DNA of 64,000 bases, from NCBI GenBank assembly GCA_963827655.1, contig CAWHCF010000036.1:128001-192000 (forward strand), given 5' to 3'. Numbering within the stretch: the stretch's first letter is position 1; every line of letters starts with the position of its first letter. The notes below the pieces were generated by a model, which saw nothing but the letters and a program-made list of their open reading frames with translations, was not told the DNA's origin and made no database searches. The position numbers and the translations under genes are program-made. Source of the DNA: an uncultured Acidobacteriota bacterium. Lineage in GTDB: Bacteria > Acidobacteriota > UBA6911. Positions 52,936-64,000 of this stretch are shown one piece after another.

Positions 52936-52998
52936 TTGGTGTCTTCGGGTCTTTGTGGTGTTTCGTTCGCAGCGCTAACCACAAAGACACGCCAAGAA
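52936..52998. repeat. Palindromic-repeat family unit (loop B)
   Basis: TTGGTGTCTTCGGGTCTTTGTGGT-GTTTCGTTCGCAGCGCTA-ACCACAAAGACACGCCAAG. Confidence 0.85.
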
Positions 52999-53016
52999 CC
53001 TTGTCGAAAAAATCGC

Positions 53017-55525
53017 TTACTCGAAGCGAAGGGCTTGAATCGGATCGATGCGGCTGGCGCGGTTGGCTGGGATCATCCCGGCGGCCGCGGCGACGATCGC
53101 GAGCATCATGATCGTGGTGCCCACAATCGCGGGATCGCTCCCCTGGATGCCATAGAGCTGGTTCGCTACAAATCGCCCCAACCCCAGGGCCGAAGGAACT
53201 CCGACGCCCAATCCAATCACCAACAGCAAAAGGACTTCCTTCATCACCAGCCAGATCACCGAGCTCCGCTGCGCTCCCAGGGCGAGCCGCACGCCCAGTT
53301 CCTTCGTGCGTCGCGCGACCACAAACGCCATGACGCCGTAGAGGCCGATGGCCGCGAGGGCAGTAGCGAGGAAACCGAAACCGGCCGACAGCAGCGCGAT
53401 CAGCCGTTCGGTGAGAAGCGTTTCGTCGAGCTGCGCCTCCAGTGTTTTCAGTCCGTACACGGGCAGGGATGGATCCAGCTTCTTCACTTCGTTGCGCATC
53501 GCCTTGTAGGCCGATTCCGAACCGGTGGCTATCCGCACATAGAATCCCACGGAGCCGTTGCCCCAGTTGGGGAGGAAGACCTGCCGCCGCACACCTTCCC
53601 GCGGACCTTCGTAGAGGCTATCCGCGACTACTCCAATGATCTCGATCTCGAGCTTCGTGTCGGGACCGCCGCCCCACCCCAGGTGACGCCCGAGGGCGCT
53701 CTTTTCGCCAAAGAAATGTCGGGCAAAGCGGCGGTTGACGATGGCGACCTTGGAATTCTCCTTTATGTCACGGGCGTCAAAATCACGCCCTTCCAGAACC
53801 GAAATTCCCATGGTCTGGAAATAGCCCGGCGACAAGGCGTTCATGAACGCCTGCATGTCTTCCCCATCTTTGGCCTGATGCCCCTGGACGGACATGGTGC
53901 TGTCCCACTCCCATCCGTGCAGCACGGGCACGGATGCCAGACCCGCGGACTTGACGCCCGGGAGCGCGCGGATATTCTCCAGAAGTTCGCGATAGAAATG
54001 CACCGTGCGCGGCCTTGTCGTATCCATTGAGCGCCGGCGCCAATTGAAACGTCACGAGATTATTCATCTGGTCAAAGCCGGTGTCGGTGGTCTTCAGATT
54101 CTGAAGGCTGCGCACGAAGAGTCCGGCGCCAAACAACAGCAGGAAACTTAACGCCACCTGCGCGGCAATCAATCCCTTGCGCAAAAACAAGGAGCCACCG
54201 CCCGACCCGGCAATGGACCCGACCGTGTCTTTCAACGTGGTCCACAGATCCGGACGGCTTGCGCGCAGCGCGGGAACCAGGCCGAAGATCAATCCCGTGA
54301 GAACGGTTACCCCCACCGTGAAGATCAGAACGCGCGCATCCGGTTCCGGCCGAATGAGCAGCGGATTCCCTTCGACGGGAACCAGCGCCAGCAGTCCGCG
54401 CGTCATCGCAAACGCAAGCAGGACGCCCGCCACGCCGCCGGCCAGCGACAACACCATGCTCTCCACCAGTAACTGGCGCACCAGACAGCCGCGGGACGCG
54501 CCCAGCGACAGCCGCACGGAGATTTCTTTCTGTCTGGCGAAGGCCCGCGCGATCAGAAGATTGGCGACATTGGCGCAGGCGATCAGAAGCACCAACCCAA
54601 CCATACCCATCAACACCATCAGCGCTCTCGAGAAATCGTTGCGCAGATTGGAATATCCAGTCGCGGCCTGCTCCACATGCAGCGTGCCTTTCAGAAACTG
54701 TTCGCGCGAGTAGGCCGACCACTTACCGGCGGCCGGAAGCGTCATCTCATATTCGCGAATCTGCCGAAACAACGCCTGCATGGGCGCCTCTGCCGACTCT
54801 GCGGTATAGCCGGGCTTCAATCGCGCAAACACCTGCACCCAGCGCGCCCGGCGATCATCATGTTGCAACCAGGTCCATTCGGGCACCATCACCGGCTTCA
54901 TGAGAATCGGCACCCGAATCTGGGGTGATTGCGCCGGGTCGAGGCCGGCAAAGCCTGCCTCGGACACCCCCACGATGGTCATCGGATAGTTATTGACCAG
55001 GATTTTCTTGCCGATGACCGCCGGATCCTTGCGGAAGCGGGCGGACCAGTAGGCATAGCTCAGAACCACCACTGGATGTCCCTGGTACACGCGGTCGTCT
55101 TCCTCTGAACTGAAGACCCGCCCCGCCGCCGCCTTCACTCCCAGCATAGTGAAGAAATTGCCAGAGACCATTTCGGCATCGACGCGTTCGGTTTGATTAT
55201 CAACGCTGACCGACGAGTTCATCAGCCGGCGGCATAAAACCTCGGCCAGCGGCGCGCCCTTCTGCTGGTAGTCCTGATAGATAGGGTAGGAGTGCATGCG
55301 GCTTCCCATGTTGCTGCCGTTATGCGGCCCCCGCTGGTACAGCATCACCAGGGTCTCCGGGTCTTTCACCGGCAGCTGACGCAACACAATCTGATCAATC
55401 AAGGTAAAGATCGCCGTATTTGCGCCGATACCCAGGGCCAGGGAAAAGATGGCGACCGCAGCAAACAGCGGACTGCGGCGCAGCGTGCGCAAGGAGTAAC
55501 GGAGGTCCGCGAGCAGATTTGTCAT
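53017..55525 (-). CDS. Duplicated MacB/FtsX ABC permease (ADOP-like), frameshift near 54015
   Basis: DLRYSLRTLRRSP, LALGIGANTAIF, LLIACANVANLL, GLYGVMAF, RRTKELGVRLALGA, ASRIDPIQALRFE. Confidence 0.92.
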
Positions 55526-55639
55526 GTTCCTATAGACTCTCGTTTCCGGGTTTGGTTACCCAGAAAATGACGATAGTCCCCGGGTCATCCAGAATGAATC
55601 GGGCCACACCTGAAACAACCTCTCTACCCCTACCGCTCT

Positions 55640-56536
55640 TCACTTCTTCGGGTCGTTGGCATCGATGAATCGGACGACGCTCTCGAGATATTCCTTGGGC
55701 ATGTAGGGCGCCGCAATAGCCGTCAGGTGCGATTTTCCCGGCAGTATCACGTTCGTGAAATTCTGCAATTCTCGCCACATGCGATAGGTCTTGGCATAGG
55801 GCCGGTCAAACTCGCCGTTGATGGCCAGCACCGGAATCGTGATTTTCGTGAGATCGATTTGCGGAGCCGTGGGCCGGGGAGCGGCAGACGGAGAAGGGCC
55901 GGCCGGCGCAGTCGTGGCGGCTCCCGGAGTTCGCGGCGGCTCGGCCGCTCGCTTTTCAGCCTCTTCGCGGCTCATCCCGAGATCCATGGCTCGACGGATC
56001 CGAAGGTTGCGACTCGCCTCATCCTCCTGCGGGTCTCGACCTTCCTTGTCGGGGGGCACCTTCGCGGTCCATGCGGGATCCGTTTCGCGAATGCCCGATC
56101 CACCGAAGCCGGCCGTTATGAAACGATCCGGGACCAGGGCCAGGAGCCGTCCCACGATTCCGCCGCCCATCGAGTAGCCGTGGAAGTGAGCCTTCGGGAT
56201 TTTCAGGTGATCCATGAGCTCGATCACGTCTTCGGCCCGACCCGGCCCGCCCGGCTGGGGCTTGTCGCTCCTGCCGTGGTTGCGGCAGTCGAGCGCAATA
56301 ACCCTGTGGTTCTTTGCCAGGGCTTCGGCGATGCCGTTCCGGAACCAGTTCCCTTCCGCGCTGCCGGTATAGCCGTGAATCAGAATGACCGGCGTCCCCT
56401 TTCCCTGGACCATGTAATGAATCTTCACGCCGTCCGCGGTCGTAAAGTAGTCATGCGAAGCCTTCTCCTCAGCGAAGGCCGTGCACGTCGCCGACGTCAG
56501 GCAGAGCAAAACAGAGAGAGTGATTCGTCGGACCAT
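55640..56536 (-). CDS. Secreted alpha/beta hydrolase
   Basis: GGAGG RBS, signal peptide, ILIHGY, DCRNHGRSDKP, GYSMGG nucleophile elbow, GEFD, KSH. Confidence 0.88.
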   Translation of the reverse strand: MVRRITLSVLLCLTSATCTAFAEEKASHDYFTTADGVKIHYMVQGKGTPVILIHGYTGSAEGNWFRNGIAEALAKNHRVIALDCRNHGRSDKPQPGGPGRAEDVIELMDHLKIPKAHFHGYSMGGGIVGRLLALVPDRFITAGFGGSGIRETDPAWTAKVPPDKEGRDPQEDEASRNLRIRRAMDLGMSREEAEKRAAEPPRTPGAATTAPAGPSPSAAPRPTAPQIDLTKITIPVLAINGEFDRPYAKTYRMWRELQNFTNVILPGKSHLTAIAAPYMPKEYLESVVRFIDANDPKK

Positions 56537-56620
56537 GTCCGTTCCCTCCAGGCTTGGGTTGAGTGACAAACGCCGTTTGAGTATCAAGAAACTCAGACAT
56601 ATACTACGCGAAGATGACCC

Positions 56621-57236
56621 GGAGTGCGCAAGCTTGCGCTGAACCTTACGGTAATTAGTGCGGCCCCCTTCGGCGTTCACGCCTCTTTTCAGCTGTTTCA
56701 CGCAGCCGCGGTATGCGCAAGCGACCGCACTCCAGACGCTTTGGAGTGCGTAGCTGGCGCGGTCTTCAGAGACTCGTCGCGTGGACTTTGGACATTTCAC
56801 AGGCCAGAAGCTCGGGTGCCGGTAGCCAGGGCCGAAGGCCGTGCAGTGAGTAGCCACGCCCGTCAGGGCGGGGCATGGACTTTGGAAATTTGGCAGAACA
56901 GAAGCTCGGGCGCCGTTAACCAGGGCCGAAGGCCCGGCAGTGAATAGCCCCGCCCGTGAGGGCGGGGGACTGGAAGACCCCGAGTCCGAGGTCCGAAGGA
57001 CCGGCACTCCGACTGTGCCGCACCTTCGGCGCTCATGGTTGTGAGACCCGATTTTCCCCGGCCTTACGGCCGGGCTACGCTCTATCGGCCCTACGGGCCT
57101 GCCACGCCCGGCAGGGCGTGGCTTGTGGTGGAGATGCATGGAGGTCCGAAGAACCGGCACAAAAAACCTGTGTCGTAGTGCCGCCTTCGGCCCTCGAACT
57201 ACGGGTCTTGCTGCCTCCCGGCCTCTCAGGCCGGGA
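56621..57236. repeat. Cluster of REP/REPIN-like hairpins including a 94-bp tandem duplication
   Basis: GGAGTGCG/CGCACTCC pairs (56621, 56726, 56743); duplicate units starting 56782 and 56876; hairpins GGGCCGAAGGCCC, CGCCCGTGAGGGCG, GGTCCGAAGGACC, CCCGGCCTTACGGCCGGG, GCCACGCCCGGCAGGGCGTGGC. Confidence 0.8.
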
Positions 57237-57429
57237 TTTGGTGAGCGCTGGCGGGGCACATGTTAATAATGAGGTCGCTGCCGACCTATGTGTAGGGTTA
57301 AGATGTTTTAAGAGCTTCTTGAGCTATTTGGGACAAACCTCGGTTCGCGAAGTCCTAACCAACGCCGGCGACCAGGCTACCTGCCATCAGCCATTCGGTG
57401 CCGCCTTTGACTTCTCTTGGAGGATCATC

Positions 57430-60400
57430 ATGAAAACCAGATTCTTCCGGACCCTCAGCGCAACCACGTTCCTGTGTGCGGCCTCGATCCCAGCCTTCGG
57501 CCAGGCGGACGTTTCCTCGGCCACTGTCAAAGGGAAGGTGACTGATCCACAAGTTGCGGTAATCCCCGGCGCTACCGTTACGATCACGAGTGTCGACCAG
57601 GGCACGAGTCGCACGACCGTGACCGATGAGACCGGCGAGTTTCAAGTGAGACTGGTGCGGCCCGGTGTCCATGATTTGACCGTGGAGGCTCCAGGCTTCC
57701 TGTTGTATTCGCTCAAGGGTGTCCAACTCACGGTCGGGCAAACCGCGAACTTCGATATCAAACTCCAGCTGGCGGGAGTGACGACCGAAATGGTGGTCAC
57801 AATGTCTACTCCTCTGATTGAAATCGAGCGCACGCAACAGGCCAACACGATTGAGACTAACCAGGTGGAGAACCTGCCCAACATCGGCCGCGCCTTCACT
57901 GCCTATGTTTACACGCTGCCCGGGGTGGCGAACTCGAACGCTCCACGGGTCCAGGGTGCGGGACGTTTTTCCGGCTTCGCCTCTTCCGGCTTCTCCATCG
58001 GCGGCAGCAACGGTCGCAACAATCTTGTTACCGTGGATGGCGGCGAGAATGAATATGGCTCCGGGCAGCTCCGTTTCGGGATCAGCCCTGAGGCGATCCA
58101 GGAATTTCAGGTCAACCGCAACTCCTTTTCGGCCGAGTTCGGGTTCACCGCGGGCACCGCGGTCAACGTCATACTCAAGAGCGGCTCGAACAGCTTTCAT
58201 GGCAGCGCCTATGTTTTCTACCGCTCGCAGAAAACTTCGGCGCGCGACCCTTTTGATTTCAATGACGAGAAACCCTTCGATCAGCAAGTCTACCCCGGCT
58301 TCAGCTTCGGCGGACCCGTGGTCAAGAACAAGCTGTTCTTCTTCACCAACTATGAACGCGAGAAGAATGACATCGCCCGCTTTCGCACGTACACCGAGAG
58401 CAGTCTCCTGCAGACGACAGCTCCGCAGCTGACGCTGCTCGGCCAGCTCGACGCCTCGGCTGACGCCAACGTGCGGCGGATTTCCGCGAACCTGCGCAAC
58501 GCTCTGACCACCAATGCCACGACCTATCCGGTGACCTACGGAATCCTGCAGGATAACGAAGGGACGTTCAACGGCTTTGCCCGGCTCAACACCTGGAACA
58601 CACGCGTGGATTACCAGGCCGGTGACCGCGACTCCTTCAATGCGCGGTTCACGCTGACTCGTAACTACACCGATGACCCCGGCACCAATAACGTGCTTTC
58701 TCCGTCCAACCGCGCCGACCTGACCTATCGCGATTACTCGACTGTCGTAACCTGGACCCACAGTTTCGGCAGCAACCTGGTGAGTCAGGCGCGCGGGCAG
58801 TTCTCGCCCAACAACTCGTCGAACACGGCTCCGCCTGAAGATCCGCGGGTTACGACGGTGATAAGCGGCCTGGGGACGTTCGGCCGGAACTTCGGCTCTC
58901 CCTACGTAGTCACGCAGAATCGGTACCAGTTTGAGGACAGTCTCACCTGGACCCGGGGCAGCCACACTTTGAAGTTCGGCGGGTCCTATCGCCCGGTCCA
59001 GTACACTTTCCGGAATGATCTGTGGTTCGCAGGCGAATACCAGTTCTTGCCGAACATCTATCCGGTAACGCTGGCAGTATCTCCAGCCGATCAGGCGGCC
59101 TTCGTTGCAGCGGCCGGGGCCGGCATTCCTCTTCTGACTTCGCTGCAAAGCTTCAATCGCAACTTGCCGTTTCTCTACCGTCAGGGATTCAACAACCCGA
59201 GATGGCTCGGCACGGGTCACTACGTGGGAGTTTTTGCGCAGGATTCCTGGAAGGTTCATCCCCGCTTGACACTCGACGTCGGCGGCCGCGATCGACTACG
59301 ACGGCGAGCCGGACCCGGTCCCGCATCACACTTACTTTTCGCCCCGTTTCGGCTTCGCCTGGGACCTGACGGGCGACCACAAGACCGTGCTGCGCGGCGG
59401 CAGCGGGATTTTTTACTCGCCGATCTATTTGCAGATTCCCGGTTACACCAGCGTGCTGAACGGCAGCGGAACGTACATCAATCAGATTGCAGCGGTCGTC
59501 GACGGCGGCAGCGGCGGTGTATCAAGCCGGCATCGCCCAGTCCAAGTATCCTTTCAGCATCATGACCGAGGCCGACATCAATGCGCTCGGGATTTCGACT
59601 GCAGCCGGGGCGCCGGGCCGCGTCCTCTTCGAGCTTGATCCGGACTACGAAAACAACTATTCGATTCAAGCCAACCTCGGGATCCAGCGCCAGATCAGTT
59701 CCAACTTGAGTATTGAAGTCGCCTATCAGATGTATCACGGACTCCACATTCAAATGCCAGTGGGGCTGAACTACATCGAGGCAGACCCGCAGCCTGCCGG
59801 GCGTAACCCGGCTCTCGGCCCGTTCTATCGCGTATGCCAGGTCGCGGATAACTGCCGGCGAGTGAGTGATCCTGGCATCACGCAGTTCACGAACTACGAG
59901 TCACGCGGCACATCGATCTATCATGGGATGACCCTGTCGTTCGCGCGTCGCTTCAGCGACCACTTCTCCTTCCAGTCCAACTACACGTTCAGCAAGGCGA
60001 TTGACGACCAGACCGATTTCAATTCAGCCTTCGCGCCCCCGTTTCCGACGCGGCTCTTCACCGAGCGGTCGTTGTCGGCCTTCGACATCCGGCACAACTT
60101 CGTCTTCAGTGGCGTCTTCCAGACTCCATTCCACGCCGGGGCCGGCCAGCCTTTCCTGGCGCGGGTCTTTGCCGACATGAGCCTCAGCCCGATTGTCTTC
60201 ATCCGCACTGGCATTCCATTTTCGCTGCTGACCGGGACCGATATCAATGGCGACACCCGAGGGGGCACCGATCGCCTCTTCTACATTGGCCGAAACACAG
60301 GGATCGGCCCGGACTTCCACAGTGTCAACCTGCGGATCAGCAAGGCTTTCCGCTTCAAGGCGGACAGCGACATGCGGCTGGAGTTCTCTGCGGACGGCTC

Positions 60401-60596
60401 AAACCTTTTCAATCATACGAACTTCGCTGCAGTGCGCGAGATCATTGGTGCGGATCCGGCGGCGCCGGACTATCAGAGCGGCACGGTGCGGCTCACCGGC
60501 CAGCGGAATCGTGATTTCAGGAGGGGAGATCCGCTCAGCTTCACCTCGGCGTTCAATCCGCGGCAGATCTTGTTTGGACTGAAGTTGGCTTTCTGA
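57430..60596 (+). CDS. TonB-dependent receptor, frameshifts near 59290 and 59505
   Basis: GGAGG RBS, signal peptide, GKVTDPQVAVIPGA, KSGSNSFHG, FAQDSWKV, C-terminal LFGLKLAF. Confidence 0.9.
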
Positions 60597-60857
60597 CTGC
60601 CCGAGCGACGCTCAATACTGTTTCGGCGAGGTAAACCTTGCCCCTCCGCCGAACTTGAACTTGCCCGGCGTGGGATTATAATCCAAAGCGACGTTGCCAG
60701 ATACCCGGATTGTCACACACTTCCGGCAACAGCGGAGGAGGTTTTTGCTCACGAAGAGTAAGGCTCGACCATCTCGGTACTGCGAAGGCAATCGGCCCCG
60801 ATCTTGAACTGGACGCATGGGGCGTTGGTATTCTTCGCTCAAGGTCAACCGCAAACT

Positions 60858-62186
60858 ATGGCCTCTTTACCTGCTCCGATACAACGCGACGCCCACGGCA
60901 AGGCCCTGGCGCTGAACCTCGATGTCTCTATCTACGGCACGCTGGCAGAAATCGGCGCAGGCCAGGAGGTGGCGCGCTGGTTCCTCAGTGTCGGCGCAGC
61001 GTCAGGCACGGTTGCGAAATCGGTTTCCGCCTACGACAAGATGGTTAGCGACGACATCTATGGCGCTGGCACGCGCTATGTCTCGAAAGAGCGCCTCCTG
61101 GCCATGCTCGACTGTGAGTACAAAAATCTGCTGGACCAGCTCAACCCGGCTCGTGGCAAGGATACGCGCTTCTTCGTCTTTGCCGATACTGTCGCCGCTC
61201 GCAACTACCAGGGCACCAATCAGCAGCACGGATGGCTTGGTATTCGCTTCCAAACCGAGCCCGGCTCCCAACCCAGCCAGATGCTCCTGCACGTCAACCT
61301 TCGCGATTCGACGGCACAACTGCAGCAGCAGACCATCGGGATTCTGGGCGTGAACCTGGTATATGCCGCGTTTCACCAGAGATCGGACATCGAGTCTTTT
61401 CTCGCAGGGCTGTTCGACGAGCTCTCCATCGCGCGTATCGAGATCGACGTGATCGAGTTCAACGGCCCGGCGTTTGCGGACCAGGACGCGCGCGCGTGGT
61501 GCCTGGCTCTGCTGCGCCGCCAGATGACCCATGCCGTCGTCTTCGATAGCCAGGGAAAAGTTGTAGAGCCCTCGAGCGTGCTACGTAAGCGGCCCCTGCT
61601 TGTGATGCGCGGCCGCTTCAGCCATCCCGAACTTTTTGACCCCGGCCTGTTTCAAGCCGCGAGCCAGCAGCTGCTTGCCGAAGGGACACCGTTTGAGCGC
61701 CAGCCGGCCACACTGCTTGAAATGACGATTCACCACGTCAGCCGCGACGAGACCCTTGCCGCACCTGAGATGCTGTCATGCATCCAGCAACTGACGCCCC
61801 GCGGGTTTGTGATCGTCACCGACTATCCGGAAACTTATCTGCTGAGCGATTATCTTCGGCGTCACTCCACCGAACCAGTACGGTTCATCATGGGTGTCGC
61901 AGCAGCAGCAAAAACTTTGCACGAAGCCTTTTACCAGACTCTACCGGGAGCGCTGCTGGAAGGCGTCGGCAGACTGCTCGCGACAAATGTGAAGCTTTAT
62001 GTTGCGCCCATGCCACGGGAGGCCTTCAACGCCGCGGTTGGAGATTTGTCAGGCACCCTCATGGTGAAAGAGTCAGGCAAGAGCCTGGTGACTTTGGACG
62101 ACCTGATGCCTTCCGTACCAGGTCTTCATCTTTTCGAGTATCTGCGCTCCTCCGGCCGGATCGTTGCCCTCGAGAGGGCGCCCTAG
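60858..62186 (+). CDS. Conserved protein of the YGTxAEIGAGQEV family (function unclear; from memory often labelled nucleotidyltransferase-like)
   Basis: KALALNLD..IYGTLAEIGAGQEVARWF..GAASGTVAKS.SAYD..SDDIYG..RYVS; FFVFADTV; HGWLGIRFQ. Confidence 0.75.
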   Translation: MASLPAPIQRDAHGKALALNLDVSIYGTLAEIGAGQEVARWFLSVGAASGTVAKSVSAYDKMVSDDIYGAGTRYVSKERLLAMLDCEYKNLLDQLNPARGKDTRFFVFADTVAARNYQGTNQQHGWLGIRFQTEPGSQPSQMLLHVNLRDSTAQLQQQTIGILGVNLVYAAFHQRSDIESFLAGLFDELSIARIEIDVIEFNGPAFADQDARAWCLALLRRQMTHAVVFDSQGKVVEPSSVLRKRPLLVMRGRFSHPELFDPGLFQAASQQLLAEGTPFERQPATLLEMTIHHVSRDETLAAPEMLSCIQQLTPRGFVIVTDYPETYLLSDYLRRHSTEPVRFIMGVAAAAKTLHEAFYQTLPGALLEGVGRLLATNVKLYVAPMPREAFNAAVGDLSGTLMVKESGKSLVTLDDLMPSVPGLHLFEYLRSSGRIVALERAP

Positions 62187-62193
62187 CTGTGTA

Positions 62194-62223
62194 AGTGACC
62201 GCTAGCGGCCAGTGGCGGTCACT
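62194..62223. other. Intergenic stem-loop
   Basis: AGTGACCGCTA...TGGCGGTCACT; no U tract. Confidence 0.4.
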
Positions 62224-62254
62224 CGGCTATGACAGGTGGCAATAGCGCCTCGGG

Positions 62255-63349
62255 ATGGCCCGCTCTGGACTAGAACGAACCATGCCTCTCTGGACCTGGC
62301 TTATCCCTGTGTTGTCGCTCGCTTTGCTCATTGCGGCGCTCGCAGTGGGCGTGGGAACGTTGCTTGCCGTGCTGTGCGGCGTCGCTCTGGCAGGGGCGGT
62401 CATCGCAGCGGTCCACCACGCCGAAGTCGTCGCGCATCGCGTGGGCGAGCCCCTTGGCACGCTCGTACTTGCCGTGGCCGTGACCGCGATTGAGACCGCG
62501 CTCATACTGTCGATGATGATTGCAGGCGGCGATGATATGGCGGTCCTGCCGCGCGACGCGATCTACGCTGCCGTGATGATCATCTGCAACGGCGTCATAG
62601 GCATATGCGTTCTGCTGGGCGGTCTTGCGCACCGTGAGCAGACCTTCCGCGTCGAGGGGGCTGGAGCAGGGCTTGCCGCGCTGATCGTGATGTCGACGCT
62701 CACGCTCGTCCTGCCGGTGTTTACGACAACCTCGGGTGCCGGCACTTACAGCAGCTCGCAACTTGCGTTCGTGGCGGTGACTTCGGCCGCGCTCTGGGCG
62801 ATCTTCATCTTCATTCAGACCGTCCGCCATCGGGACTATTTCATTCCCGTGACCAATGCGGCCAACCCGGAGGTGCACGCCGAGCCGCCGTCGACCCGGG
62901 AGGCATGGGCGAGCTTCGGGTTACTCCTGGTCTCGCTCATTGCGGTCGTGGGCCTGGCCAAGATGCTCTCGCCCACAATCGAGCAGGCGGTCGAGGCGGC
63001 CAATGCGCCCAGGGGCGTGGTCGGAATCGTGATCGCCGCGCTGGTCCTGCTACCGGAAACGTGGGCCGCGGTGCGCGCTGCCCGGGCGGATCGTCTTCAG
63101 AGCAGCATGAATCTTGCGGTCGGCTCCGCGCTCGCATGCATTGGCCTCACTGTTCCCGTGGTGGTGCTGGCGTCGATCGCTTTCGACCTACCCCTGGTCT
63201 TGGGCCTGGAGCCCAAGGATATGGCGATGCTCGCGCTGACATTCCTGGTGAGCGCTGTCACCCTCGGGACCGGTCGCACTTACATGATGCAGGGGGCAGT
63301 GCATCTGGTGCTCTTTGCGGCGTTCCTGTTGCTCGCGTTCGTGCCTTAA
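62255..63349 (+). CDS. chaA: Ca2+/H+ antiporter (CaCA family, ChaA/Y4hA-like)
   Basis: AVHHAEVVAHRVGEPLGTLVLA, QTVRHRDYF, LLPETWAA, NLAVGSALACIGLTVP, QGAVHLV. Confidence 0.9.
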   Translation: MARSGLERTMPLWTWLIPVLSLALLIAALAVGVGTLLAVLCGVALAGAVIAAVHHAEVVAHRVGEPLGTLVLAVAVTAIETALILSMMIAGGDDMAVLPRDAIYAAVMIICNGVIGICVLLGGLAHREQTFRVEGAGAGLAALIVMSTLTLVLPVFTTTSGAGTYSSSQLAFVAVTSAALWAIFIFIQTVRHRDYFIPVTNAANPEVHAEPPSTREAWASFGLLLVSLIAVVGLAKMLSPTIEQAVEAANAPRGVVGIVIAALVLLPETWAAVRAARADRLQSSMNLAVGSALACIGLTVPVVVLASIAFDLPLVLGLEPKDMAMLALTFLVSAVTLGTGRTYMMQGAVHLVLFAAFLLLAFVP

Positions 63350-63486
63350 GGGCTCGCGCAGAAATAACTTCACATTCTGGCGCGAGAATCGGTGGTCAAT
63401 CATGAACCGGTTTTCGTTCGCTAAGCAGCTGAGGATCGCGCCCCTTCGGGCTGCAGCAGAATGCGAACTTATTTCTGCGCGAACCC
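63350..63486. mobile_element. MITE copy 2 (137 bp), TAA target duplication at the chaA stop codon
   Basis: Same TIRs as 7129-7357; TAA at 63347-63349 and 63487-63489; lacks the 93-bp internal segment 7233-7325. Confidence 0.9.
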
Positions 63487-63579
63487 TAAGTTCGGAGCTG
63501 CAGAAGAGCCGCAACGATCGCCTGTGCCTGTATGAGCGTCCAGAGCTTCTCCGCCCGCCAGCGCCGGTAAGAATCCGAT

Positions 63580-64000
63580 TCAACGAACATAGTCGGCCAC
63601 GCCCTCGCGATCGGCCGGCTCAAACACGCGCTCCGGCGTGTGCGCCTCGCGGCAGATGGCGTCGATCTTCTGCATGACCGCGGGGTTTTGCGCGGCGACG
63701 TCGTGCTCTTCGCCGATGTCTCTGGCCAGGTCGTAGAGCTCAAAGGCGGCGGCCCCCCTGTTGCGCACAGCCTTCCAGTTGCCCCAGCGAACGGCTTGCT
63801 GCGTCGTGTCTTGCTTTTGGCCGGCTGCTTCCCAGTAGAGATACTCGTGCGTCTTTTGTCGATCGGGATGACCGAGCAGGGTGGGAGCAAATGAAATGCC
63901 GTCGAGCTGTTTGGGAAGGTGACGGCTCGCGCCGCTCAGCTCGGCAAGCGTCGGCATCACGTCGGCGAAGTAGCCGACGAATTCGCTTTGCGATCCCGCC
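63580..64000 (-). CDS. Arylsulfatase, 3' part (runs off window end)
   Basis: FADVMPTLAEL, DGISFAPTL, HEYLYWE, QAVRWGNWKAVR, ELYDLARDIGEEHDVA. Confidence 0.88.
   Translation of the reverse strand, partial: AGSQSEFVGYFADVMPTLAELSGASRHLPKQLDGISFAPTLLGHPDRQKTHEYLYWEAAGQKQDTTQQAVRWGNWKAVRNRGAAAFELYDLARDIGEEHDVAAQNPAVMQKIDAICREAHTPERVFEPADREGVADYVR

Noticed and set aside
1135-52998. Palindromic repeats as a CRISPR or other guide array
   Set aside because: Copies are dispersed kilobases apart with no regular repeat-spacer period, and no cas genes are present
3819-60596. Widespread frameshifts as programmed frameshifting, phase variation or genome decay
   Set aside because: They hit unrelated genes at random positions, are mostly +1, lack slippery motifs and come with almost no nonsense substitutions; sequencing error is more parsimonious
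60612-60854. 80-aa minus-strand ORF between the TonB receptor and the conserved protein
   Set aside because: No RBS or recognisable motif; may be a gene remnant but cannot be supported

Overview
GC-rich bacterial chromosomal window, most likely Acidobacteriota (inference from six Oar-like TonB-dependent receptors, an ADOP-like permease and a DUF1501/DUF1549-1553 pair). It contains no rRNA, tRNA, CRISPR array, phage genes or transposase that I could recognise. About half of the genes are split by 1-bp indels, mostly insertions, which looks like long-read error rather than decay. The most unusual structure is intergenic. (i) About 16 copies of an ~80-bp palindromic repeat or its single arms (arm CTTGGTGTTTCTTCGTGTCTT(TGAGTCTT)AGTGGT) occupy many gene junctions from 1 to 53 kb. 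(ii) A MITE with 30-bp terminal inverted repeats and TTA/TAA target duplication is present in 3 copies, one inserted inside that repeat. (iii) Two arms of the repeat face each other around a 2.9-kb Clp-N / NERD-helicase / coiled-coil block. (iv) About eight singly inserted toxin-antitoxin-like modules or remnants occur, several with internally deleted toxins and one bounded by integron attC remnants. There is also a homodimeric glycyl-tRNA synthetase that may be xenologous. All protein family calls are from motif recognition by eye, with no database search.
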